Shown here one piece after another: positions 24,155 through 33,667 of a DNA stretch of 64,000 nucleotides; position 1 is the first letter of the stretch, and each line of letters opens with the position of its first letter. Below the pieces are notes generated by a model. That model saw nothing but the letters and a program-made list of their open reading frames with translations. It was not told where the DNA came from and searched no databases. The stretch lies in the sequence record OZ240615.1, one strand, 5' to 3'. A program made the position numbers and the translations under genes.

Positions 24155-26776
24155 ATGAGTGATTTCGGGAATAAGATCAGCGAATTAAATCCGTTGAGCG
24201 CAGGAAATATGGCGGGGGAAATTCCGTTAAGTTTAACACTGTCTAGCGGTACTTTGGCAACCAATAAAATCACGTTGAGCCAACTCAGAGATCTTTTTGA
24301 CTTCGATAGCGCATACAGCAGTGTAGAAGAAGGGATCGCTGCGACAGTAGAAAACCAAATGTTCTACGTTTACGTAGACAATAATAAATTATCGGTCAAT
24401 GAATACATCCGAACTAGCATTGGTGCGAACGCGGTCATCGGTAAAAGCGGCACTAAGAAAATTATTTATATCCCTGCATTATTAAAACATATTCAAATCC
24501 AAGTAGAGAGTTTTGCTGCTCTGCGGGAGTTTAAACCGTGGTGGGAAGGACAACGGGTCGAGTTACTGGGCTACTATAAAGGTAGTGATGAAGGTGGCGG
24601 GGTTTTTCGTGGTTCATTCACTAGTCTCGATGACGATGGAGGGTTTGTTGCAGGTGGAATTGGTTATCATTGGCTGCGCATTGAGTCTACAGAAGCAGTA
24701 GTTGAGATGTTTGGCGCTAAAGGTGATGGCGTTACAGACGATCGCGTAAGCTTAATCGCCGCGGGGTCGTCTAAATACAGCAATAAACTTTCTTTCACTA
24801 AAAACAAAGTTTATTTAACTACTGGATCGATCACTGCAGTAAACGCTAAAATCGTTGAAGGTAACGGCGCCACAATTAAAATGACCGCAGCGCCCGCGGC
24901 AAATACTAATGTATTTGTCATGGGTCAACAGAAAGGAACTTTATCCGGGTTTACTTTACAGGGCGATCAATTTGCGCGTACATTTACTCTCCCAGGGATA
25001 GGTGCTTTTACCGAAGTCGGGGATTTAATATCCCTCGGATCGGATTCGTACAGGCTGCAATTCGACAATAACTATTATTACGGTCAGCGCGCCATCGTTA
25101 CCGCGATAACAGGGGATACTGTCACTATAAACGCAGGTCTTTACGAAGCGTTTCAAATTAACACAGTCACCGTGCACCGCGGAAAAGAACCTCTTGTTTT
25201 AGAAAATCTTAATATCGATCTTCTTTCTATTCCTAGTACGCCTATCAACGTCCAAGCTCTTTCAATCACAGGCGTGAACGTAAGCGTTAAAGGGTGTAAA
25301 GTACAGGGTTCTAGTTATTGCGCAGTGGGCTTAGGGTTGCAGGGTTGTATTGGTCGAGTTGAAAACTGTTTATTCGGTGGCTTCCTTAATGCTAACGGCA
25401 CGAGCGCTAGAGTGGGGTACGGTATTTACCTCGACGGAGTCGACCTTGTTGTCACGGGAAATAATTTTTACAACAATAAACATTGCGTTACTTCTGCATC
25501 TCGACGGTATCTGGCCTGTGGTATTGTTATTGAAAACAATCATGCTGATACAGTAACTGCAAGTAATGCAGAAGCCGTGTTTGATTTTCACTACAATGTT
25601 GTCGGTGTGCCAGTTGTTCAAAATAATCACATCTATGCCGGTAAAGCTGTTTTCAATGCTAGAAACGGCGGCGCTAAATTTGTGAATAACTACATTTACA
25701 ACAATCGCACTGACACAAATAGCTCTCCTGGCGTTATTGCAATGTACGAGTGCCCGAATGTTTATTACCTTGAGTTCTCTAACAACTATATCGAGACATC
25801 AAGTAATGTTCGTTTACTTTACCTTGGCGATGTAAATGAAGTTAAAAACATTATCGTAACCAATAACACGGGTCGTTTAGGGTCCATCTTCAACCAAGCA
25901 ATGAATATTGTTTCAATGAAGAACATGACCATTGAAAATAATAATTTTGCGGGAATGACGCAGATCTTCGAAATGAACAGGAGATCAGCAGCTTCTACGC
26001 AGTTCATGTTTGCATTGATTGAGAACGTGAGTATTTTTAACAACACATTTGATTTAACCGAAAACGGTACAGTAGGAGTAGCCGCGTTCCACATTTGGTG
26101 TCATGCTAACACAACGGTCGCGAATAAGCTCAAAATGAAGAATTTCTCCTTTAAGAATAATAAGGTGTTTTCCAAAGACACACCTATCTTAATCGAGTTT
26201 ATCAATGGACAAGGTAATTTCGAAATCACGGAAAACACCTTCGACCATGCGGTGAGTTCTTCAACCGTTTCTGCTCCAACAAACAACACGATGGATATCC
26301 AACAATCTAATTTTTCATTTATTAGCATTGTTGGCAACACCGCGCCTGGAAGAATAAGATTTGGTATCGTTGATACGCAAAAGACAGGGAGTACAGCCTA
26401 CCCAGCAGAAGATGTCGTAATTACCTTTGCTGTCAATAACAACAAAGCAGCAGGTGTATTTTTCGATTGTATGGCAGCGACGATTGATAGAAGAGTGACG
26501 TTCGGTTATTCCCAGATAAAGAATAACTTGCTGGTTAACCCTTACGGAACAACAATTGGATTTACTTCAACGTTTACCAACATGGGTTGGAATGGTGGTG
26601 GCGTCGTCGATATTTCCGGCAACGCGCTTTACCCTACTACTGGAGCCTCCGTTGGAATAAGTTTAGGGTTCAGAGTACATCGGATCGCAATCAGTTATAA
26701 TACGATGTCTGCGGCTATCAATGACACTGCGACGCAATATAGCGTAACAGGTAACGTCATAGTTTCACTGACTTAA
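24155..26776 (+). CDS. tailspike/polysaccharide depolymerase with right-handed beta-helix
   Basis: FGAKGDGVTDD motif, many Asn-ladder repeats (NNF, ENN, NNY); AAGGT SD supports MSDFGN start. Confidence 0.85.
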   Translation: MSDFGNKISELNPLSAGNMAGEIPLSLTLSSGTLATNKITLSQLRDLFDFDSAYSSVEEGIAATVENQMFYVYVDNNKLSVNEYIRTSIGANAVIGKSGTKKIIYIPALLKHIQIQVESFAALREFKPWWEGQRVELLGYYKGSDEGGGVFRGSFTSLDDDGGFVAGGIGYHWLRIESTEAVVEMFGAKGDGVTDDRVSLIAAGSSKYSNKLSFTKNKVYLTTGSITAVNAKIVEGNGATIKMTAAPAANTNVFVMGQQKGTLSGFTLQGDQFARTFTLPGIGAFTEVGDLISLGSDSYRLQFDNNYYYGQRAIVTAITGDTVTINAGLYEAFQINTVTVHRGKEPLVLENLNIDLLSIPSTPINVQALSITGVNVSVKGCKVQGSSYCAVGLGLQGCIGRVENCLFGGFLNANGTSARVGYGIYLDGVDLVVTGNNFYNNKHCVTSASRRYLACGIVIENNHADTVTASNAEAVFDFHYNVVGVPVVQNNHIYAGKAVFNARNGGAKFVNNYIYNNRTDTNSSPGVIAMYECPNVYYLEFSNNYIETSSNVRLLYLGDVNEVKNIIVTNNTGRLGSIFNQAMNIVSMKNMTIENNNFAGMTQIFEMNRRSAASTQFMFALIENVSIFNNTFDLTENGTVGVAAFHIWCHANTTVANKLKMKNFSFKNNKVFSKDTPILIEFINGQGNFEITENTFDHAVSSSTVSAPTNNTMDIQQSNFSFISIVGNTAPGRIRFGIVDTQKTGSTAYPAEDVVITFAVNNNKAAGVFFDCMAATIDRRVTFGYSQIKNNLLVNPYGTTIGFTSTFTNMGWNGGGVVDISGNALYPTTGASVGISLGFRVHRIAISYNTMSAAINDTATQYSVTGNVIVSLT

Positions 26777-26783
26777 CCTTATA

Positions 26784-26814
26784 AGGGTAAGGGCGGATTA
26801 TCCGCCCTTACCCT
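26784..26814. terminator. Bidirectional terminator
   Basis: AGGGTAAGGGCGGA-TTA-TCCGCCCTTACCCT. Confidence 0.75.
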
Positions 26815-26830
26815 ATTACAGTAAAAAATA

Positions 26831-27091
26831 TTATTTTCGTTTCAAAGAAACCACTACCAGACCCAACACCGGATCCGCAGAATCAGTGCGTACTAACCCG
26901 TAACGAGGAAGTTCAATTACTAGTTGAGTGATACGGTGTTTTTCTTGTTCACTTAACGCACTTAAATCCAAAGCGTGAAAATCCTCTACCACCTTAACAT
27001 CGTCATCGGAGTAAGGGAAAGACCATTCTAGTTTGTTCTGTTCTTTATTCCCCGGTAAATAAAGGACATGCACCTTTTTGTATACGTTCAT
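26831..27091 (-). CDS. hypothetical protein
   Basis: ORF track; packing. Confidence 0.6.
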   Translation of the reverse strand: MNVYKKVHVLYLPGNKEQNKLEWSFPYSDDDVKVVEDFHALDLSALSEQEKHRITQLVIELPRYGLVRTDSADPVLGLVVVSLKRK

Positions 27092-27597
27092 TCTCTTACT
27101 ACCTTTTTAAACTCGGAAACAAATTCATGTTCAGGAATCGTCACTGCTTCACGTACTAACGAAACGTAAGTCCCTACCACAGACCATTGGACAGGGAAAT
27201 TGTTAGTCATTACGCGGTTAAACCCTTGGAAAAGGCGCTGGGTCTTGATGCAAAAATAATAGGCGTGAGGATCAATGTCTTTAACGTCCGCTAAACGTAA
27301 ATTTCTTTCTGGTCCGTACGTTAATTGATACAGGTCGTCAGGTATTGCTTTTACTTTCTTTTCCACCAAAGAAAACAAATAATGCAACTTACAACCCCCG
27401 TCGAAATCTCCACTGCGTAAGTATAAGAAAATATCTCCAAGTGTATTATCCTTGACAAATACCGCGGGGTCATTGCGTTTACTTTTAAACATACGCCATG
27501 CTCCTTTTAATAGAATGGAGAGTGGTAAAACCACTCTCCATAGATTCATTCTGCGTAGATCGCTAAGGCAGTTTGGCAAATCGGGGAACGTACACAA
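27088..27597 (-). CDS. hypothetical protein (start probably MFKSKR)
   Basis: AAGGAG SD before the internal Met. Confidence 0.55.
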   Translation of the reverse strand: MCTFPDLPNCLSDLRRMNLWRVVLPLSILLKGAWRMFKSKRNDPAVFVKDNTLGDIFLYLRSGDFDGGCKLHYLFSLVEKKVKAIPDDLYQLTYGPERNLRLADVKDIDPHAYYFCIKTQRLFQGFNRVMTNNFPVQWSVVGTYVSLVREAVTIPEHEFVSEFKKVVRE

Positions 27598-28367
27598 TCA
27601 GCATCGGTAAAGTTAATTACCGGGATACCCAACTGTTTACGCTCTATCCGTTCAAGTAGGTCTGCTAACCCCGACTTGACACCTTTAGGAAGATCGCACT
27701 GTTTTAAGTCACCATTAATGATGACCGTGGAATTGTCACCGATACGCGTCAGGAAGAGACGCATCTGATTTACCGTGACGTTTTGGGCTTCGTCAAGGAT
27801 AACCACAGCATCGTCGAAAGTCCGTCCGCGCAAGAAACTGAAAGGGGCTACTTCAATTTTCTCGATTTCGGGGCGAAGGCAGTATTGGAGGAAACTCGCA
27901 CCCATTCTCCGGCGGAGAATATCATAGACCGGTCGGAAGTAAGGAAGGAATTTCTCGTACTGTGTCCCTGGAAGGAAACCCATCTCTTCTTCCGCTGTCA
28001 GCATCGGGCGAGTCACGACGATTTTTTCGACGTTTTTCTCACTGAGTTGATCGACCGCATAAACTGTAGCTAAAAGCGTTTTCCCTGAACCTGCGGAGCC
28101 CGTAGCGATGACGATGTCTTTACTGGCAATCGCATCCATATAAAGACCTTGATTGACGTTCCTGGCTTCAATCGGCGTACGATCCCGTTTTTCTTTTTCC
28201 ATCCCGATCTTGGTAATATCCTGAGAGTTACTTCTGCCGTCGAATCGAATTAAGTCTGCACTTTCTTCGCTCGATAAGGACCGTTGCTGGTTCAGTCTAC
28301 GGCGTGATTCGCGGCGAACTTCACGGTCTAACTTAGCATTACTCTTTTGACGACTCATCAATACCAC
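27546..28367 (-). CDS. phoH: PhoH-family ATPase
   Basis: TGSAGSGKT, VTRP, GFLPG, LRGRTF, ILDEAQN, GDLKQCD. Confidence 0.95.
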   Translation of the reverse strand: MVLMSRQKSNAKLDREVRRESRRRLNQQRSLSSEESADLIRFDGRSNSQDITKIGMEKEKRDRTPIEARNVNQGLYMDAIASKDIVIATGSAGSGKTLLATVYAVDQLSEKNVEKIVVTRPMLTAEEEMGFLPGTQYEKFLPYFRPVYDILRRRMGASFLQYCLRPEIEKIEVAPFSFLRGRTFDDAVVILDEAQNVTVNQMRLFLTRIGDNSTVIINGDLKQCDLPKGVKSGLADLLERIERKQLGIPVINFTDADCVRSPICQTALAIYAE

Positions 28368-28452
28368 CTTAGCAGATTGTAAAGAGGCTCACCTTACCAT
28401 TCCGAGGAGAGCTTTTTCAGAGAAACCCTTTTCTGATTCATAAAAACCTTAA

Positions 28453-28800
28453 CTAAGAATCTTTTCTGATCAGAGGTTTAAATCCCCAGCTAAAGCCGGA
28501 GAACAATCTAATCCAAAATGGCGCATCGGGTTTGTATCGGTAAAACAATTTTATCCCCGGTAACCACCCGTAATAACGTACGGTTTTAAACCAATTAGTC
28601 CTTACCTCTGTAAAGACAGAACTTAACCAGAAACGTATTGTTTCTTTGTGTGGTTCTAATTCAGGGCTGTCGACTAGAAGTTTGTTGAAAAAATCAGTGA
28701 AGAGTAAATTGGGATCGGAATGTGTAAACTCGAGCCGTTTATTAATCGTCGGCTGATCTTCTCCCTCGATCAAGATTTCGAGAACGTGTTTCTTATCCAT
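28453..28800 (-). CDS. hypothetical protein (start revised to MDKKHV)
   Basis: Longer start lies within terminator 28847-28873. Confidence 0.55.
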   Translation of the reverse strand: MDKKHVLEILIEGEDQPTINKRLEFTHSDPNLLFTDFFNKLLVDSPELEPHKETIRFWLSSVFTEVRTNWFKTVRYYGWLPGIKLFYRYKPDAPFWIRLFSGFSWGFKPLIRKDS

Positions 28801-28846
28801 CGTTAGGAACCCCTCGAGGCAAAAAAAAGAAAATACATAGTGAAGG

Positions 28847-28873
28847 TTTGGCTCAGGGAATCCCTGAGCCAAA
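28847..28873 (-). terminator. Intrinsic terminator
   Basis: TTTGGCTCAGGGA-A-TCCCTGAGCCAAA. Confidence 0.65.
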
Positions 28874-28879
28874 TAACGA

Positions 28880-29248
28880 TTACGTTTTACTGATTACGCT
28901 AAACTGTCCTGCTAGTACTCTGTTATCGTAGAGATACTTTTTAGTACGGGCATTGTAAAGACGTACTTGATAAACGTCGGTGTTAGTATAATGCTTCAAA
29001 ACGAAGATGATACGGTTACCGCACTCATACGCCGCCGCAGAAAAAACTAACCCATCGTCATCAATTTCTTCCGGCAAATTGATACCAAACTCACAGACGT
29101 ACTTCTTCCCGTCAACGTACGCTACCGTTCTTTTTTCGCCGATAGTAAAGTTATTTTTATCGTCTTTAAATGAAACGGTGGTCGCCAACGCCAGAGAAGG
29201 CATCAACAGGACAATAACTGCCATAATAAATTTTTTCATCATCAACAT
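28880..29248 (-). CDS. exported protein with signal peptide
   Basis: MKKFIMAVIVLLMPSLALA. Confidence 0.7.
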   Translation of the reverse strand: MLMMKKFIMAVIVLLMPSLALATTVSFKDDKNNFTIGEKRTVAYVDGKKYVCEFGINLPEEIDDDGLVFSAAAYECGNRIIFVLKHYTNTDVYQVRLYNARTKKYLYDNRVLAGQFSVISKT

Positions 29249-29254
29249 TCCAAA

Positions 29255-29554
29255 TTAGTGATAAGTACCAGATAACCAGTATAGACACTCTTCTTGCTGA
29301 GCGACTTCCAGTTTCATTTTCATTTCCGTGAAGCATTTGATGTCATCACGGTGCTGAGAAACAACCGACGGGTCGAATTGTTCACCCAGTTCGACTAGCA
29401 TCTCCAGCGACGCGATAGTCCGTGAGAGTAGTTCAATCGTTTTGTTCAGTAACAGCGGCCTGTCAACCAGATCGTGCTCGTCTTTAATGTTGAACAGCGC
29501 ATGGTAAACGTTAGTAAGCTCAGTCAGTGTCAAATCTACGTTCTGGGTTTTCAT
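29255..29554 (-). CDS. hypothetical helical protein
   Basis: AGGAG SD. Confidence 0.6.
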   Translation of the reverse strand: MKTQNVDLTLTELTNVYHALFNIKDEHDLVDRPLLLNKTIELLSRTIASLEMLVELGEQFDPSVVSQHRDDIKCFTEMKMKLEVAQQEECLYWLSGTYH

Positions 29555-29605
29555 CGTGTACTCCTTTTTACGTTAAGGTGAAATTAACTAACAGTTTACG
29601 CGCCG

Positions 29606-30073
29606 TTATTTGGCGAGAATGGATTTACCTTTATATTCCAACATCAGCCCAGCTAAACCGATCCGTGCTTCCGCTTCCGCTACCATTGCCTCTAAAGCAG
29701 GCATCAGAGTCCGTTCTTTCGCTTTCAAGAATACCGGCTCGAAACCGTCCGAGAAAACATTATCGAGACTGATGCGTACCCAGACTTCACCAGTATCTTT
29801 CATGGCCACTTCCATTTCCCCGAAATCTTCACAGCGGTTCGGCGCCAAGTCTTTAAGAAACAGAATTGTTTTTCCGCACTCGTCTCCGACGATCCAGTTA
29901 CTTTCGTCGAAATTCGTTAATTCTTCAAGGAGTTCGCCGGCATGATAAACAATGATAGCGTTAATACTTTCACGCATTTCAGTCACTGAGTCCGCGAATT
30001 TCTTTTCGCGTTCTTCACGAGTGTAGTTCAGAGAAGAGAAGACATTAGCAACAGCATCTTTGATCAGAGACAT
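29606..30073 (-). CDS. hypothetical protein
   Basis: AAGGA SD. Confidence 0.65.
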   Translation of the reverse strand: MSLIKDAVANVFSSLNYTREEREKKFADSVTEMRESINAIIVYHAGELLEELTNFDESNWIVGDECGKTILFLKDLAPNRCEDFGEMEVAMKDTGEVWVRISLDNVFSDGFEPVFLKAKERTLMPALEAMVAEAEARIGLAGLMLEYKGKSILAK

Positions 30074-30139
30074 GTTAAGGTTCCTTATTAGTTAATTAAC
30101 GAAGAGTAAGTTGAGCGTGACGTTTATTTTCGAAGAGAA

Positions 30140-30169
30140 ATAAATGAGAGTCCGAAGACTCTCATTTAT
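30140..30169 (-). terminator. Stem-loop terminator
   Basis: ATAAATGAGAGTC-CGAA-GACTCTCATTTAT. Confidence 0.7.
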
Positions 30170-30176
30170 AGATAGA

Positions 30177-30788
30177 TTAGAAATGTACCGCCAGGTTACG
30201 GGCGAACTGGTTGTCTTCCGGATGAACAAAGTTAATGGTAGAGATCAGAGCTGGTTTCTGATAATCCCCGCGAATCAATTCGCGGGTTTTATCCAACAAC
30301 ATTTCCCCGTTACGGAACAGCAGGAAATAGTGCTTACCTTTCGCGACTTCATCGATCAGCACATCTTCTTCCGGATTGAACTCGACAGCTTCAGTCAGTA
30401 AACGGATCGAATGCTGTTCACGATAACCCATTGTTGCCATAGTTTCCCTACTGCCATATGCGACAGTTAAAATATCCGGAGTTCCTTCGATCAGCGATGC
30501 TTCATCGCCGTTGTAAAGACGGGATTTGATGTAGTCGCGCTGGAAAAGGTAGTCAACCAGAAAACTTTCATCATCAATCCCCGCGGTAATAAAAGCGTGG
30601 TCACCAACTTTATACATCCACATTACTAAATCGTCGTCCGTTGTAATACGGACGAGAAGGTCAGCTTCTGCTGGAATGGAACGATCTTCATGACGCGTTT
30701 CGTAGGAGGAAAAATGCTCTGTCATGGTATCAGGGGTCAATTCGAAGTTAGCGTCTTTAGCAAAAATAGAAATGTTGAAAGTCTTCAT
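30177..30788 (-). CDS. hypothetical protein
   Basis: AAGGA SD; first gene after promoter copy 5. Confidence 0.65.
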   Translation of the reverse strand: MKTFNISIFAKDANFELTPDTMTEHFSSYETRHEDRSIPAEADLLVRITTDDDLVMWMYKVGDHAFITAGIDDESFLVDYLFQRDYIKSRLYNGDEASLIEGTPDILTVAYGSRETMATMGYREQHSIRLLTEAVEFNPEEDVLIDEVAKGKHYFLLFRNGEMLLDKTRELIRGDYQKPALISTINFVHPEDNQFARNLAVHF

Positions 30789-30842
30789 AATTTGGTTCCT
30801 TAATTGGTTTAGTTAAACGGAAAGATCTTTCCTTTCCTTATT

Positions 30843-30870
30843 CACTCTGGCTATATATACTTTAAAAAAA
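30843..30870 (-). promoter_or_regulatory. Putative phage early promoter, copy 5
   Basis: Minus strand TTTAAAGTATATATAGCCAGAGTG. Confidence 0.7.
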
Positions 30871-30923
30871 CTGCATTTCGATTCTTATGAATTTTCAACT
30901 GACTAATAAAGGCTGAACGCTTT

Positions 30924-32384
30924 ATGGACGTAATTATCGATGGTAAACGTTATATCCCGGAAGAACACGCTTCCCGTAAAATCGGTATCGCGATCTCCAC
31001 GCGTAATCGACACGACGTACTAAAGAAAACCCTCGCTGAGCACGCCAAGTTCCTCCCTCCTAATGCGGTTATCTATATTGTCGATGACGGTTCAGATACC
31101 CCGGTGCAAGCTCCTGATTGGGCTATTGTCCATCGCCATGAAAAAAGTGAAGGGATAGTAGCCGTTAAAAATACGTCCCTTCAGCTTTTGATTGACGCCG
31201 GCTGCGAGCATCTGTATCTGTGGGACGACGACGCCTACCCTATTGCTGATAATTGGTGGGTTCCGTATATGTTGTCACCAGAACCCCATCTCGGATATCA
31301 GTTTAAAGACCTAGCGGGAAAAAGAAAAATAAATGACGTTATTGAAGTGTATAATGACGGGAAACATTTTGCACTTTCAGGGCAGCGTGGAGTTATGCTC
31401 TATTACCACAAATCGGCGATTGATAAAGTCGGTGGTTTCGATCCGATTTATCAACGAGGGATGTATGAGCACGTCGACCTTGCCCTGCGTATCCATAACG
31501 CAGGTTTAACCACGTTCCCATTTGGTGACGTCGTCGGAAGTAACCGACTTATTCATTCCATGGACGAATACGAAGAGGTTGCGCGTTCTGTTCCGCCTGC
31601 CGATCGTCAGCAGCAAGTGGAGAGGAACGTAAAGATCTACAACGCCCGTCGTCGTAGTCGCTATACGGGCTACGCTCCGTACAGAAAAGGACGTCGCGTA
31701 GTCGCTACGGTATTATTAACCGCTTGCACAGATCCACAGCGCCAGAATACACATATGGCAGCAAGTAGCGCTTTATTGCAAACTTGGGCAAACAGCATCA
31801 AAGGGGCAGAGAAGGTTGTCTTTGCGGACCAACTTTCTGAGATGACCGGTGTAACGTTGATCAAGGTACCGGAGGTAAAAGGTCTTTCCCCATATTTCCT
31901 TCGTTGGTTGCACATTTACCAATGGCTCCGTGATAACCCTGACGTCACGCAAATATGGTGTACAGACGGCACCGATGTCAGAATGCTCAAAGAACCTTGG
32001 GATGAAATGGAACCAGGGAAAGTTTATGTCGGAAATGAGCATACCACCTATGCTAACCCTTGGTTCGACAAGGTTAATCACCAGAAATACCTGAAAGAGT
32101 TTATTGCTGCAAACAAAAATGAACAGGTGGTCAACGCAGGGTTAATCGGCGGTTCCAGAGAAGACGTTATGCAACTGGCTCACGGAATGATTGCCCAAGT
32201 GTGGAAAATGAAATCCGAGATCTTTTGGCGTGAAGAACTCGCCCCTGAGTCAGTGACGGACATGGTTATGTTCGGTATCGAAGCGAAGAAGTTTGGCGAT
32301 CGATTAGTGCACGGCCCTATTGTCAACACCGTTTTTAAAGGTAACGAACACGGTAAAGACACCGCTTGGTTTGCGCATAAATGA
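30924..32384 (+). CDS. glycosyltransferase family 2-like, with a second C-terminal DxD domain
   Basis: IGIAISTRNR, IVDDGS, LWDDD, GGFDPIY, EHVDL; C-terminal CTDGTDV and VNAGLIGG. Confidence 0.85.
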   Translation: MDVIIDGKRYIPEEHASRKIGIAISTRNRHDVLKKTLAEHAKFLPPNAVIYIVDDGSDTPVQAPDWAIVHRHEKSEGIVAVKNTSLQLLIDAGCEHLYLWDDDAYPIADNWWVPYMLSPEPHLGYQFKDLAGKRKINDVIEVYNDGKHFALSGQRGVMLYYHKSAIDKVGGFDPIYQRGMYEHVDLALRIHNAGLTTFPFGDVVGSNRLIHSMDEYEEVARSVPPADRQQQVERNVKIYNARRRSRYTGYAPYRKGRRVVATVLLTACTDPQRQNTHMAASSALLQTWANSIKGAEKVVFADQLSEMTGVTLIKVPEVKGLSPYFLRWLHIYQWLRDNPDVTQIWCTDGTDVRMLKEPWDEMEPGKVYVGNEHTTYANPWFDKVNHQKYLKEFIAANKNEQVVNAGLIGGSREDVMQLAHGMIAQVWKMKSEIFWREELAPESVTDMVMFGIEAKKFGDRLVHGPIVNTVFKGNEHGKDTAWFAHK

Positions 32385-32402
32385 TCTTAGGAGGGGTTAA
32401 GA

Positions 32403-32993
32403 ATGAAAATTGCGGTCGTTGGCCACGTTTCAAGACTCTCTGCGATCGAAAGACTTGTTTCGGCTCTTCCGTGTGAAGTCTTTATGGACAGTGTAGGGAA
32501 AGGGGCTTTACACAATCACCTGAGGGCGTTACGTTGGGCGGCAGAACAAAATGAGCGTGTAGTGATCATGGAAGATGATGCCATCCCCGTTACGTCTTTT
32601 ATTGAAAAAGCAGAGAAATGGTTTTCGCTATTTCCCGATCAATTTCTTTCTTTTTATTTGGGGACGAGTCGTCCACCTCAATACCAGAAGTTAATCGATC
32701 ATTCCATAGAAGACTCCAAAAAGCTCAACCGTCAATTCATTTGGTTGAACCAGTTGATTCACGGTGTCTGTTACTCCCCAGTTCCCGGGACAATTCAAGA
32801 TATCGTTGATAAAATCGATATGAATAAACCAGCGGACTTCGCTATAGGTTCTGCTTGGGGTAAATCTGTCTATTACCCTATCAGGTCGCTTGTAGAACAT
32901 CGTGACGGTAGATCGGTAGAGAAACACACCGATGGCAGGAAAAAATCAGGTGTGCGAGTAGCGCGCTTCCTAGACGGTAATTTACAGTACTAA
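32403..32993 (+). CDS. glycosyltransferase family 25-like protein
   Basis: GALHNH...W, VVIMEDDA motif; co-transcribed with the GT2 gene. Confidence 0.6.
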   Translation: MKIAVVGHVSRLSAIERLVSALPCEVFMDSVGKGALHNHLRALRWAAEQNERVVIMEDDAIPVTSFIEKAEKWFSLFPDQFLSFYLGTSRPPQYQKLIDHSIEDSKKLNRQFIWLNQLIHGVCYSPVPGTIQDIVDKIDMNKPADFAIGSAWGKSVYYPIRSLVEHRDGRSVEKHTDGRKKSGVRVARFLDGNLQY

Positions 32994-33014
32994 AATAAAA
33001 AGATCAGAGCACAA

Positions 33015-33045
33015 CTCCTCCCGTAGCAGAACGCTACGGGAGGAG
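33015..33045. terminator. Bidirectional terminator
   Basis: CTCCTCCCGTAGC-AGAAC-GCTACGGGAGGAG. Confidence 0.75.
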
Positions 33046-33054
33046 AGTGTTATC

Positions 33055-33489
33055 TTACTGAACTAACGTCACACCTTCAAAGCCATCGACCGAATACCCT
33101 CGACATTTAACGAAGGTGATGTCGTACGCAAGTTTACCCAGATTGAACAGCGCGTCACCAAGATCAATCCGCTCAACTTCGATTGCACAACTCCCTTCAA
33201 AGAGGTAGATAGGTATACCCTTCTCGGCCACAAAGACAATCCGTTTACCGGAAAGCTCGGCGTCGGCTTTCGCCTTTTTGATCTCAGCCATCAAGTCGAC
33301 CGCCTTTAGTTCCCCGTGTTCGCTGTGCAAGAAGAGGATAACGTCCTCCTTTAATTCCGGTACGACACCGGAAAGAAAAGTTTCTGCTTCAGCGCAATCT
33401 TCCCCGATAATCGACAAAGAATGTTGAGACTTTAAAAACTGAACGAATAACTGTTTAACGGGGGTCACGCAAAACTCCTTAGCTGACAA
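33055..33489 (-). CDS. hypothetical protein
   Basis: ORF track; packing. Confidence 0.6.
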   Translation of the reverse strand: MSAKEFCVTPVKQLFVQFLKSQHSLSIIGEDCAEAETFLSGVVPELKEDVILFLHSEHGELKAVDLMAEIKKAKADAELSGKRIVFVAEKGIPIYLFEGSCAIEVERIDLGDALFNLGKLAYDITFVKCRGYSVDGFEGVTLVQ

Positions 33490-33667
33490 AAGCCCTGAAA
33501 CAAATAAAATGTAACCAGCCGAAAACCGCAGCGCAGAAAAGACAACTGGAAAATGACAACCACTTTCTCTTCAGTCCATCCCGACAAGCAATACCTACGC
33601 TCATCAAGACCAGGTTTCCGCTGAACATGATTAGTACCCAGAGCAGCGAGTTAAGCGCGAACGTCAT
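33479..33667 (-). CDS. small two-TM protein
   Basis: Hydrophobic; AAGG SD. Confidence 0.55.
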   Translation of the reverse strand: MTFALNSLLWVLIMFSGNLVLMSVGIACRDGLKRKWLSFSSCLFCAAVFGWLHFICFRAFVS

